Origin: Limnothrix sp. BL-A-16
GTDB taxonomy: Bacteria > Cyanobacteriota > Cyanobacteriia > CACIAM-69d
Length of the DNA stretch: 64,000 nt
Assembly: GCA_041937175.2 (NCBI GenBank)
Contig: CP166615.1
Span: 1,440,001 to 1,504,000, forward strand
Direction: 5' to 3'
Shown: one piece after another, positions 44,671 to 55,097 of the stretch
How the letters are laid out: each line of letters opens with the position of its first letter
How positions within the stretch are numbered: the stretch's first letter is position 1
Program-made: the position numbers and the translations under genes
Notes under the pieces: model-generated
Database searches by the model: none
What the model was told of the DNA's origin: nothing
Seen by the model: the letters and a program-made list of their open reading frames with translations, nothing else

Positions 44671-44700
44671 GCGGCTGGGGGGTGGGCCATGAAATCCGGT

Positions 44701-45447
44701 CTAGAGGTCTCGAAACAGGGTTTGCACTTTTTCCCAGGCATCGGCGGCGGCCGCTGGATGGTAGCTCGATCGACGATCGCAGAAGAATCCATGGTCTGCG
44801 TCGCGGTAACGGAAGATGCGGAAGTTGCGCCCGTGGGTCACGAGGGCCGCTTCTAGGCGATCGAGCTGGTCAATGGGAATCAGCGGATCGGCCAAGCCTG
44901 CGAAAAACCAGAGCTTACCGTGAATTTGGGAAGTGCGGGTGACAGTTGGCTCGCCGCCCCCGGGGCAAAAGGTGGTGATCCCCGCGCCATAGAACGCAGC
45001 GGTGACGGCGACTTGGGGCAGGGTGGCCGCCAAATAGGCCACGTGGCCCCCAAAACAAAAGCCGATGCAGCCCACAGCTCCGGCTTTGGCATTGGGTTGT
45101 TTTTGGGCAAAGGCGATCGCGGCTTGGATATCTGCCAGCAGTTGATCCGCCTTGGTTAAATCCTTGTGTTGTCGGCCGAGGGCAAGATCTTCGGCGCTGT
45201 AACCCACGGCAAAGCCCGGAGCGGTGCGCTGAAACAGGGCTGGGGCGATCGCCACATAGCCGCACCCTGCCAGGCGATCGCACAGATCTCGAATGTGATC
45301 ATTCACTCCAAACACTTCTTGAAGAACCACAATCACCGGATAGGAACCGGCGGCTCGGGGGCGGGCTAGGTAGCCCTGGAGGTCAATCCCTAAGCCAGGC
45401 TCCTGGGCGGGAATGATAGTAACTTCGCGGCAAATTTCAAGAACCAT
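44701..45447 (-). CDS. Dienelactone hydrolase family protein
   Basis: QEVFGVNDHI, GFCFGG, DPLIP, HGFFCD. Confidence 0.92.
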   Translation of the reverse strand: MVLEICREVTIIPAQEPGLGIDLQGYLARPRAAGSYPVIVVLQEVFGVNDHIRDLCDRLAGCGYVAIAPALFQRTAPGFAVGYSAEDLALGRQHKDLTKADQLLADIQAAIAFAQKQPNAKAGAVGCIGFCFGGHVAYLAATLPQVAVTAAFYGAGITTFCPGGGEPTVTRTSQIHGKLWFFAGLADPLIPIDQLDRLEAALVTHGRNFRIFRYRDADHGFFCDRRSSYHPAAAADAWEKVQTLFRDL

Positions 45448-45568
45448 AGGCGCAACCTGGCAACGGAGTCATTACATCGCCGCGATCGTTTGCGATTGTT
45501 ACTGCGATCGTGACTGCGATCATCGATGCGATGAACTTCCGCGAACTTCCATGAACTTCCGTTTCAGT

Positions 45569-46753
45569 CTACCGGGTTCGGCGAATTTCGCCGTAAGCGG
45601 CGATTAACTGCTGGGCAATGGCTGACCAACTGTAGCGATCGCCCGCACAGCGTCGGGCGTTTTGGCCGCGCTGTTGTCGTTCGGCGGGTTGGGTCAAGGC
45701 CTCGCGCACGGCCCCGGCAAAGGAAGACACATCACAAGTGCAAACCCAGCCCGATCGGGTGTCGGCCACATCGGGCCAAATATGTACCTGATCAGAAATC
45801 ACCACCGGCACTCCGGCGGCCATCGCTTCAGCCACCGCAATTCCGAAGTTTTCATAGTATGACGGCAACACAAACAAATCGGCTTGGGCCAGGAGCGATC
45901 GCTTCTGTTCCCCGGTCACGAAGCCCACAATTTCCGTGCGATCGCTCAGGTGCGATCGAGTCAAATAATCTGAAATCGATTGTTCATAATCGGGATCCTG
46001 CACATTGGCCCCCGCCAATACAAACCGAAAGGGCAGCCCCGACACGGCCAACGTTTCCAGCGCAGGAATCACAATATCCAATCCTTTTTTGCGATCGAGC
46101 CGTGACATAAACAGCACCATCGGCCCCACTTCCTTGGCCGGTCGTGCCGTGGGTTGCTCACGGAGCGGCGGCAATGGAACCCCCAAAGGAATCACCCAAT
46201 CGCGGGAAATGGCCCCAAACCGTTCAGAGATTTTGCACTCCTCCGCACTGGTGAAGTGAACAGCGGCAGCCTTGGCTAAATTTCGCCGCTCCAGTAGTCG
46301 CCCATACCACCATTTCAACCTGGCCTTTTTCCGCAAATCCAGCGGATCCAGCGTGCCCAGGGGCCGCAGCACGTAGGGCAACTTGCGCCACCGACAGACA
46401 ATCGCTGCCATGGTGCTGATGGGCGAAAACAGGGCATGGATGTGGGCCACGTCGTATTCCGGTGCGTGTCGCCAGAGCCACCACAACAGCCCGATCGAGA
46501 ACTTATAGCGTCGCCAGGGGGCGCAGCGAAAGTAATAAATCCTATAGTCCTTTTCCAACACGGGCTGGGCGATCGGCACATCCAACGGAGCCTGCCCCGC
46601 ATCCCCATTGCTGTCGGTGGTTAGCAGCGTCACCTGCGCCCCCGCTGCGCCCAGGGCCTGACTTAGCCCCAACACCATCTGGCTCGGCCCGCCATAAACC
46701 AAGGACACGGATGGCACAATTTGCAACAGGCGCAAGGGGCTTGATTCGGTCAT
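45569..46753 (-). CDS. hpsP: Family 4 glycosyltransferase (hormogonium polysaccharide HpsP-like)
   Basis: LQIVPSVSLVYGGPSQMV, RPLGTLDP, ENFGIAVAEAM. Confidence 0.8.
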   Translation of the reverse strand: MTESSPLRLLQIVPSVSLVYGGPSQMVLGLSQALGAAGAQVTLLTTDSNGDAGQAPLDVPIAQPVLEKDYRIYYFRCAPWRRYKFSIGLLWWLWRHAPEYDVAHIHALFSPISTMAAIVCRWRKLPYVLRPLGTLDPLDLRKKARLKWWYGRLLERRNLAKAAAVHFTSAEECKISERFGAISRDWVIPLGVPLPPLREQPTARPAKEVGPMVLFMSRLDRKKGLDIVIPALETLAVSGLPFRFVLAGANVQDPDYEQSISDYLTRSHLSDRTEIVGFVTGEQKRSLLAQADLFVLPSYYENFGIAVAEAMAAGVPVVISDQVHIWPDVADTRSGWVCTCDVSSFAGAVREALTQPAERQQRGQNARRCAGDRYSWSAIAQQLIAAYGEIRRTR

Positions 46754-47665
46754 GAGAGGCGGACTCCAGCAAGAGGCGATTAGAGCGGGGGGATGAATGT
46801 GATTGCCGGGGTCGCACGGCCTGGGTGCGTCGCGCCCGTGGATTAACGATCCTGAATGATCCCGATCGAAGGGGGGATCTGAATCATGATGATCTCAATC
46901 ATTCATCCAGTTCTTTACCCGTGTTCAGCACCCGTTTTCAGCAAGATTGGCCAAAACCGGGTTTTCCAACCCTAGCCTACCGAAGTCCAACTGGGAGCGG
47001 GCACTGCTAATCGGCCGTCCAGACCCATGATCGTGTTGCGGTTCTTAATCAGTCATTGATGCCGGCATTGATGCCGATATTGATGCCGAAAATACCCCCC
47101 AGTCTATTCAATTGCCGTTTGGCGTTCGATGAGTTTGATTGCAATCAGACCTATTTCAACCCCATTCGTAGCCTAGATAACTGATCTAAACTATGGTTAA
47201 TGACATCTTCGTCAAGATTCTCTAAAAGTCAGCGATTCAAATCAGTTTCCATGGCTCAGTTTTCATGGCTCAGTTGCTGATGCTAACGGCACAATTTGCC
47301 CACAAGATGGGTGTGTGCCAAGGGCAAGGCTGAAACCCCCTGAAAACTGCTGATCTTTGCTTCCTTGACCCACTTCGATCGCCCCTGGGTCGCCCTAGAC
47401 AGTCGGTGAGCAGGAGTTTTTACTCACCACTTTCTTAAAAAATGCTGCGTAATAAGACCGAATATGCTGACAAAGTTACCTTCGTTGATGTAACACTTTG
47501 AGTCAGCATGATGATACAGGCGAAATAACGAGCGATTCCCCCCATAACTTCGCTGCAATTCAGCAAAAATCACTAAGTAAAAATACACATTGCCCATTTT
47601 GAATGGTGCATTCTGATTTTGTTGATCATGCGGGCTAGCTAGCAAGTCATTTTGAGGCGTAAGCC

Positions 47666-48178
47666 ATGTCTCTTGGGTTTTTGGTGCCGACTTTGATCTG
47701 TGTGGCTGCGGTTTATCTGGCTCCAAGATGGCAAGATGAACCGTCGCTGATCCTGAATGGTGTGGCGATTTTGAGCTTTCTGGTGGCCTTGGTCTTGGCT
47801 CCCTGGGAAGTTCAGGTGTTGCTGTTGCTGTCGGTGTGGTGGGTGGCGCGGTATGGCCTTCGGTCTCCGGAGCCGGTGGAGGTGCTGGAGTCGGAGGCCT
47901 TGGCCGATCGGGCGGAGTTGGCGGATGAGGCGGAATCTATGGCGGCCCATACGGCGACCAATGCAGCGAATGATTCGATTTTGGGACATCCCCATTTGGC
48001 GGTAACCGATCGGGTGTATCGCGGTGTAATTTGGCATATGCCCGATCGCGGAGGGCTGAGAATGCCGAAAAAACGGCAAGAGGTCACTTCCGAAACCATC
48101 GAAGCCCCAGAAGTTGAAGCAGCTAACCAAACGATCGAGCTGAAATATCGCGGGGCCACGTTCCGCCGCCAGGTCTGA
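47666..48178 (+). CDS. Hypothetical membrane protein with DUF4278-like YRG motifs
   Basis: Two N-terminal TM segments; VYRGVIW and LKYRGATF motifs. Confidence 0.6.
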   Translation: MSLGFLVPTLICVAAVYLAPRWQDEPSLILNGVAILSFLVALVLAPWEVQVLLLLSVWWVARYGLRSPEPVEVLESEALADRAELADEAESMAAHTATNAANDSILGHPHLAVTDRVYRGVIWHMPDRGGLRMPKKRQEVTSETIEAPEVEAANQTIELKYRGATFRRQV

Positions 48179-48290
48179 CCCAAGGTTTAACCCAAGGCTT
48201 AACCCAAGGTTTAACCAACGATCGAGCTGAAATATCGCGGGGCCACGTTCCGCCGCCAGGTCTGACCCAAGGCTTAACCCAAGGCTTAAC
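48124..48290. repeat. 87-bp duplication of the gene 3' end plus 12-bp CCCAAGG(T/C)TTAA units
   Basis: ACGATCGAGCTGAAATATCGCGGGGCCACG...TCTGACCCAAGG at 48131 and 48218. Confidence 0.85.
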
Positions 48291-48385
48291 TGCTGCTGGA
48301 CTCAAGCTAGCGGTTCCCCTCAAATTCCGCTGAGGTTTGCCATTTCGATTTTGGCCAAGCGGATGCCATTGCTAATATCAACGGC

Positions 48386-49567
48386 ATGGCGATTATTTCT
48401 TCCAAGTCAACCGGTGGCGGCAACCCTGATCCCCAGCCTCCCCGCAAGCCAGCTCGACGATCGAATTCCCCGCGATCGTCCGTTTCGCCGTCGCTGTTGG
48501 ATCCGGCGGCTACCCCCGAGGAAGCTCACCAAGATGCGGCCAAGCCCGCCAGCCAGTCTCCTCAGGGCGATCGGCCCGATGAGCGTGTGCGCCCCCAACG
48601 ACTGGCGGACTATGTGGGTCAGCAGGATTTGAAAGACGTGCTGACCATTGCGATTCAAGCGGCCCAGGGTCGCCGGGAGCCGCTGGATCACCTGTTGCTC
48701 TATGGGCCGCCAGGCCTGGGCAAAACCACGATGGCGCTGATTCTGGCCGGCGAGATGGGTGTGTCTTGCAAAATTACGACCGCACCGGCCCTGGAGCGCC
48801 CTCGGGATATTGCCGGGCTGCTGGTAAATTTGCAGCCGGGGGATTTGTTGTTTGTGGATGAAATTCACCGGTTGCCCCGGGTCACGGAAGAAATTTTGTA
48901 TCCAGCAATGGAAGATTTTCGGCTGGATGTGACGGTGGGCAAGGGTCAGAGCGCCCGCACCCGATCGATCCCGTTGCCCAAGTTCACCCTCGTGGGTGCA
49001 ACAACCCAGGTGGGGGCCCTCAGTTCGCCCCTGCGCGATCGCTTTGGCCTGATCCAGCGGTTGCGGTTCTATGAACCCGAAGAGCTGGCCCGGATTGTGT
49101 TGCGGACGGCGACGATCTTGCAGGTGGCGATCGAGCCGGACGGGGCCGCAGAAATTGCCCGGCGATCGCGCGGAACCCCCCGGATCGCCAACCGCCTGTT
49201 GCGGCGTGTGCGGGACTACGCACAGGTGAAAGGGGCGGAAACCCAGGGCAAAACAACCATTGACGGGGCGATCGCGGCGGCGGCCTTGGAGCTGTTCAAT
49301 GTGGATCCTCGGGGGCTGGATTGGACCGATCGCCGACTCTTGAGCGCCATCATTGAGCAGTTCAACGGCGGCCCCGTGGGTCTGGAAACCTTGGCAGCCG
49401 CCACCGGGGAAGATGCCCAGACGATCGAAGAGGTCTATGAACCCTATCTGATGCAAATTGGCTATCTTCAGCGCACTCCTCGCGGCCGCGTTGCCACCCC
49501 CGCCGCTTGGAAACACCTGGGCTACTCTAAATTTCTCCCCACGTCTCTTGACTCTCTACTGGACTAG
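48386..49567 (+). CDS. ruvB: Holliday junction branch migration helicase
   Basis: [46 protein letters not shown]. Confidence 0.97.
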   Translation: MAIISSKSTGGGNPDPQPPRKPARRSNSPRSSVSPSLLDPAATPEEAHQDAAKPASQSPQGDRPDERVRPQRLADYVGQQDLKDVLTIAIQAAQGRREPLDHLLLYGPPGLGKTTMALILAGEMGVSCKITTAPALERPRDIAGLLVNLQPGDLLFVDEIHRLPRVTEEILYPAMEDFRLDVTVGKGQSARTRSIPLPKFTLVGATTQVGALSSPLRDRFGLIQRLRFYEPEELARIVLRTATILQVAIEPDGAAEIARRSRGTPRIANRLLRRVRDYAQVKGAETQGKTTIDGAIAAAALELFNVDPRGLDWTDRRLLSAIIEQFNGGPVGLETLAAATGEDAQTIEEVYEPYLMQIGYLQRTPRGRVATPAAWKHLGYSKFLPTSLDSLLD

Positions 49568-49764
49568 AGAATAGAGAATGGATGTGCTGCCCAGCCCTAG
49601 ATCCCAAGATCCTGTCAGTACAATCTTGTGGGCAGCTTTTTTCAGTCTTTTTGATCGTTTCGATCGGCCGGCTCCCAACGCTACAGGTAGACTCTCTGGG
49701 CTGCCCCGGCTGATCGCAGGCGTAATCGTATCCTCAAAACGCCCCACCGCAGTGCTGGCAGCCG

Positions 49765-50250
49765 TTAGGGATTCAGGAGACCAAATTCTTGAACCGCTGG
49801 CAAAAAGTTGCGGTTTTCGTGGCCGGGTTGGCTGAGCTTAATGAGCGCAAATCGCTGCAAGTCACTGAGCGATCGCCACTGTTGCTCGCTCACGGTGACT
49901 CCAACCCGCGCTGCTTGTGCTGCGACTGAATCGGGCAAGTCGGCACTCAGCCAAGGAAACGGGTTTTCCAGGGGCAAATCTTTGGGAATTTCACCCGATC
50001 GGGCTGCCACCAACTCACATAGCTCCTGGCGATAGGTTTCCTGCTCGGGCAAGGTGTCGCAAGGAGCCAAAACTAACTGCAAGCGATCGGCCTCGGACAG
50101 TTGGTTCCAGTGGTGCAGTTTGAGTTTAATGCCGACTCGATCGAGTCGGTAGCGAACCACCATGGGGATGCACCGTAACCCAGTGATGAAGTCTTGCTCA
50201 AACCGAAAGAAAGGTGACATTTCCGAAACAATTTTTGGGCGATCGGCCAT
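49765..50250 (-). CDS. Nitrate reductase-associated protein (NarM-like)
   Basis: FFRFEQDF..LRCIPMVVRYRLD..GIKLKLHHW; LQRFALIKL..PGHENRNF. Confidence 0.78.
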   Translation of the reverse strand: MADRPKIVSEMSPFFRFEQDFITGLRCIPMVVRYRLDRVGIKLKLHHWNQLSEADRLQLVLAPCDTLPEQETYRQELCELVAARSGEIPKDLPLENPFPWLSADLPDSVAAQAARVGVTVSEQQWRSLSDLQRFALIKLSQPGHENRNFLPAVQEFGLLNP

Positions 50251-51208
50251 TGTGAGTGAATTGGTTGCTGAATGTTTCGTGACTGACTCAAAACCCATAG
50301 GAACCCTGAATACTCTGCTCTTGATGTTCTCAAGAGAGTTCTGAACCATGGAATCATAAATTGCAGCTTGCTATTTTTGACGATCTTTCTCTGAAATTTC
50401 TGACCAAGGACTGCAATTTTAGGCTTGTTTGGATTTAATCAGCGATGGGTGATTGCTGCGAAGTTTTGCGCTAGCATTGCCTTAACTAAATATTAACCAA
50501 TCTCAAGGGATCACCGAAAATGCTCCTAAAAAACTAAATCCAAGATGCAATCATTCACCAGGACTGCCAACCTGGGACTTGAATTTCTTGGAATTTTCAG
50601 CCAGTCTCTAACCATCCTGATCCACCTTGACGATGACTAAGTAATCCGATCGCCCGATCAATCCCGCCAATTCATCAACTCACCCCTGCTAAACATCCAA
50701 CGAAACAGCAGCTCTGAGAACCATACAGAGAAGCCTGTATTAAATCATTCCTGATTCGTAGATAAAATTACGGACTCAACGGGTGAGTTCACCGCTCTGT
50801 CTTCATTTTGACCGGGTTGAATTGATGGCTGTTGTATGACTGACCAGGTGATCGTTGATCGGTTCAGGTCTGCCACTCCCCCCGCCAGGAGTCGCTTTTG
50901 GGACTTGTTCCAAACATTCAAAGTAACCTTTAAATCGGTCACTAACCGATCTAATGACAACTGCTGTTTATGTCAGATCATGACTTGAAAGATAGCGCGA
51001 TTCAATGAGGCAGCGGCATCCGTTACCTTCGGCTGAAAACCTTTGGGAAGCGTATCAACCTGCCAATCAATAGTCTGTTTAATTTCTTCAGAAGCCCCCA
51101 AGTTAACTGAAGAATAGGACTAAACCTATGCTTTAAAGCAATTGATTCCACTGCATCCTTACAACAGGCCAAGCCTGCCACTGAAATTCCAGATCAGGAC
51201 ATCAACAT

Positions 51209-53059
51209 ATGGCGATTGATCTCAAGCAAATGGCGCAGGAGTTGCGACGTGCTCCTATTCTTGCCGATTGTTCTGTGCAAGAACTGGCAAGAGTTGTGCC
51301 CTATGCCGTGGAACATTTTCTGGAAAATGGCCAACCCTTATTTCAGTCAGGTAATCCTGCTTTAACCCTCTATTTTGTGCGCCGAGGTAAAGTGCAACTT
51401 TGGGCTGGGGGGCGCGTCATTGCGGAGGTGGAACATGGTTTTGTGGGCGAAGAGGCGGCCGTTGCCTCCGACTACTACATGGCTGATGCGATCGCGGTTG
51501 ACAACACGGAAGTGATTGCCTTGCCTCGCGAGGCTATTACCAAAGTGGCCGGTGTTGGCACTCCAACCATCGATCGATTCTACGCTTCCCTGCTCAGTCA
51601 TTACAGCGGGCAGCCTAACCGAGAACTGGAGAGTCGATCGCCCATTAATCAGCTCAAACGGAATGACTGGGTGCAATCCTGTGGCTGGATTTTATCAGTG
51701 CTGATCCCCGGTATTTTGTACTTAGCTTTGAGGGAAACTGCGGAATTTGACTGGAATTCCCAGATGTTTTTGATCGTACTCACATCCACGATCGTGATGT
51801 GGGTTTTTGGGATGGTTCCTGAATTTATTCCTGGTCTTTTTTGCATTCTGTCATTGCTAATTTTAGATATTGCTCCCAGTGAAGTCATTCTTTCTGGCTT
51901 TGCATCGGGCAGCTTTTTTATGGCACTCAGCCTCTTTGGGCTGGGAGCCGTTTTGATGGGGTCTGGATTAACCTATCGTCTAGTTTTGTGGCTCTCCCGA
52001 TTCATTCCCAAAACAGAAAGTTGGTATGCCACTGCTTTGTTTTTAACCGGATTGGCCATGACCCCAATTCTGCCTTCGGCGAATGGTCGAATTGGTCTGT
52101 TATCGCCTATTCTAACGGACACCATTGATGCCACAGGAGCCAAACCAGGTGGCAAAGCTGCCAGCCATCTAGCCTTTGCTGCCTTTAGTGGGGCGAGCTT
52201 GCTTTCCCATGTATTTCTGAGTAGTAAATCCGCCAATTTTGTGGTTTATGGTCTCTTGCCTTTACAGGTTCAACAACAATTTAGTTGGGTCTATTGGTTG
52301 CAAGCGAGCTTAGTGGTGGGGATCGTGACCCTAGTGCTGTACTTTATTTCCACAAAATTCCTATTTAGCAATAATCAAGCCTTTGAAATTTCCCAACAAC
52401 AGGTGGAAGCTCAGGTGGAAACCCTGGGCCCCTTGAGCAGCCAAGAGTGGATTTCGCTGGTCAGCACGATCGTGTTGTTGCTGGGAATCGTCACCGCATC
52501 CATTCACAAAATCCAATTGCCCTGGATTGGTTTGGGGGTTCTATTTCTGGTGCTATCGCTGGGGATTTTGAAAAAAAATGAATTTCGCACTCAAATTGAC
52601 TGGCCATTTTTGATTCTACTGGGCAGTTTGGTCGGAATTGCAGAAGCCATGTCCTACTTAGGTCTTGATACTCACTTTGGTGGGTATTTGACTTGGCTTA
52701 GCGATTCTATGAACTCCAATTTTCCTCTTTTTATCTTTTTATTGAGCCTGACAATTCTGGTTGTACGATTTGTGATCCCCAACACGACTGCCGTTGCAAT
52801 TTTTGCCACAATATTAATCCCGATGGCGGAAAGCAATGGAGTGAATCCTTGGATTGTGGGAGCGATTATCCTGAATATCAGCGATGCTTGGTTTTTTCCT
52901 TACCAATGTTCTTACTATCTACAATTTCAGGAGCTATTGGACAAACAGCAACTTTTTAATGAGCGTTTAATTTTACGAGGCAACTTACTGACAACGCTGA
53001 TTCGCTTCTTTTCAATCTATCTATCATTAGGATATTTTCGTACCCTTGGAATTCTCTAG
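51209..53059 (+). CDS. Cyclic-nucleotide-binding domain fused to an SLC13/DASS anion permease
   Basis: N-terminal cNMP fold (LFQSGNPA..LYFVRRGKV...GFVGEEA); multi-TM C-terminus with GLTYRL, ILPSANGR and IPN motifs typical of DASS. Confidence 0.8.
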   Translation: MAIDLKQMAQELRRAPILADCSVQELARVVPYAVEHFLENGQPLFQSGNPALTLYFVRRGKVQLWAGGRVIAEVEHGFVGEEAAVASDYYMADAIAVDNTEVIALPREAITKVAGVGTPTIDRFYASLLSHYSGQPNRELESRSPINQLKRNDWVQSCGWILSVLIPGILYLALRETAEFDWNSQMFLIVLTSTIVMWVFGMVPEFIPGLFCILSLLILDIAPSEVILSGFASGSFFMALSLFGLGAVLMGSGLTYRLVLWLSRFIPKTESWYATALFLTGLAMTPILPSANGRIGLLSPILTDTIDATGAKPGGKAASHLAFAAFSGASLLSHVFLSSKSANFVVYGLLPLQVQQQFSWVYWLQASLVVGIVTLVLYFISTKFLFSNNQAFEISQQQVEAQVETLGPLSSQEWISLVSTIVLLLGIVTASIHKIQLPWIGLGVLFLVLSLGILKKNEFRTQIDWPFLILLGSLVGIAEAMSYLGLDTHFGGYLTWLSDSMNSNFPLFIFLLSLTILVVRFVIPNTTAVAIFATILIPMAESNGVNPWIVGAIILNISDAWFFPYQCSYYLQFQELLDKQQLFNERLILRGNLLTTLIRFFSIYLSLGYFRTLGIL

Positions 53060-53179
53060 ATCATTGCTGAAGACCATGAAATCAACTTTGAGAGACTCCT
53101 CAACGAGCATTCATCTGATCTTTGCGTTTCAAGCGATGGCAGCTTAAGGCCGATCCACTTCTCCACTCACTCTCTAGCC

Positions 53180-54238
53180 ATGTCACGATTTACCTGGAAG
53201 CTTTCTAACGTTAACCGCTGGGGCAAGCAGCTTCAAAAATTGCCAATTATTTTCTTTCTGATTTGTGCCTTGGTGTTCTTTGCCTTCAGCAACTCTAGTA
53301 AGCCGCGTGTATTGGTGCTGAGCAGTTATGCCACGGACTTTGCTTGGACGAAGGACATCAATGTGGGGCTGAGCTGGATTCTGGATAAGAAGCCCTACTC
53401 GATTCAGTATCACTACATGGATACGAAGCGGAATCCTGGTGCGGCTTACAAGGAAAAGGCAGGTCAATTGGCGAGGCGGCTAATTGAGCGCTGGGAACCC
53501 AATGTGATTATTTCGATCGATGACAACGCTCAAGAGTTTGTCGCCAAGCATTTCAACAATCACCCCAAGATTGATATTGTCTACAGCGGGGTGAATGCAG
53601 AAGCCAGCGCCTACGGATTTGACAAAGCCAGCAATGTGACGGGCATTTTGGAGCGGATTCCCTTCCTTTCTCTGAAGGAGATTTTTCTGCAAATTTTGCC
53701 GCCCGATCGCCGTCGCATTGTTCACTATTCCGATGACTCAGAAACATCGGAAGCCATTCACCAAGAAATGGCAAATTTTGACTGGCGGCCGATCGACCTA
53801 ATCGAACACCGAAAAGTAGCTACCTTTGAAGAGTGGAAGCAATTTATCAAGAATTCCGGCAAAATTGCTGACTTTTTGCTGATCACGCACTATCACACGC
53901 TGCGCCGTTCCAGTACCGATGATACGGTGGTGTCGCCGAAGGAAGTGATGAAGTGGACGATCGAGAACTCACCGATCCCTGATATTGGATGCTGGGGATT
54001 TTATGTGGATGATGGCGGCATGTTAGCGGTTGGAATTTCGCCCTATGAAATGGGAGAAGTGGCCGGCAAAATGACGACGGAAATCTTGGAAAATCATCGC
54101 CGCCCCAGCGAAATTCCCAACACGAAAAGCCAGAATTTTGTGATGTATATGCGGGAGTCGCGGCTCAAGCAATATGGCGTTGATCTCCCCAAGGTGTATA
54201 AGGACTTCGCCCACGCCACCAACCACTACTACCAATAG
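53180..54238 (+). CDS. Periplasmic substrate-binding-like protein (ABC_sub_bind type)
   Basis: N-terminal TM/signal; VLVLSSY..FAWT, YMDTKR, SIDDNA, YSGVN, NVTGILE, GGMLAV. Confidence 0.75.
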   Translation: MSRFTWKLSNVNRWGKQLQKLPIIFFLICALVFFAFSNSSKPRVLVLSSYATDFAWTKDINVGLSWILDKKPYSIQYHYMDTKRNPGAAYKEKAGQLARRLIERWEPNVIISIDDNAQEFVAKHFNNHPKIDIVYSGVNAEASAYGFDKASNVTGILERIPFLSLKEIFLQILPPDRRRIVHYSDDSETSEAIHQEMANFDWRPIDLIEHRKVATFEEWKQFIKNSGKIADFLLITHYHTLRRSSTDDTVVSPKEVMKWTIENSPIPDIGCWGFYVDDGGMLAVGISPYEMGEVAGKMTTEILENHRRPSEIPNTKSQNFVMYMRESRLKQYGVDLPKVYKDFAHATNHYYQ

Positions 54239-55097
54239 GCTGGCTGAGCAATCCAGAGATTCAGTTGGGGTTTAGGGGATCCGAGCCACGGCCCCTGAAC
54301 CCCTTTAATTTGTAATTTTGGGTGTTTTGTCGAACCTTGGGCAGATATTCAGGCTGGCGATGTGGGCTGACATGAGGATCTGCTCGGGTTCTGGCAACGG
54401 GTTCTTGTTCGGTTTGCTGGGTTGGCTCGACTGGCTGAGTTGCGTTCAGTTGTGCTCAGACTTGCTCATGCTAGCAGCGTGACCCATTCAGCGTGATCTA
54501 TTCAGGGCGACCCATTTAGGGCGACCCATTTAGGGCAACCAACGAGGAATTTATGTTCAATCGAAGGGGTTTCTACGTAGAGGGTTGGTGATCGATTTTA
54601 CTTGAATTGATCTGGTTGGCTTTGCTCTTCTTGAGTGGCAATGGCTTAGCCAGAATATGTTTAGGGCACTCTTTTGAATATCGCTCTTGGAATCTCAAGC
54701 TTAATGTCAGTGTAATTTGATGCGCTTGAGTCAAGATCTTTCGGTCTGAGACTAGGTTCGATCATAAAAGCCTATTGAAATTGAGTAGATCTTGTTAGAA
54801 CTTTAAAGATTGTTGTCAATTGCGATTTTGAAATTCCATGAAGAGTAATAGACCATTTTTTGTGAAATCTTGATGATGTTGTTTGATTTTTCTGCGGATT
54901 TTGAAGCAGGAAGATTGAACAGTCAAGGGAAGGCGATCGCGAATTTGAGAATAGGAGACTGAGCATCTTTTGCTATCTCGCTGGGCGGAGCTTGGAGCGA
55001 TTGACCAGCACCCATGACTCTGTTCCTGGATCATGAGCGCTGGGTAAGATGAAGGTGGGGGTAAACACTCGCATCGCATCTCGCTAGCTGCGGATTC

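Noticed and set aside
48180..48290. TTAACCC repeats as a Pho box
   Set aside because: The period is 12 bp rather than 11, and they sit inside a local duplication.
50350..51208. sRNA or ORF in the long gap before the SLC13 gene
   Set aside because: No recognisable RNA structure, CRP box or protein-like ORF that I can support.
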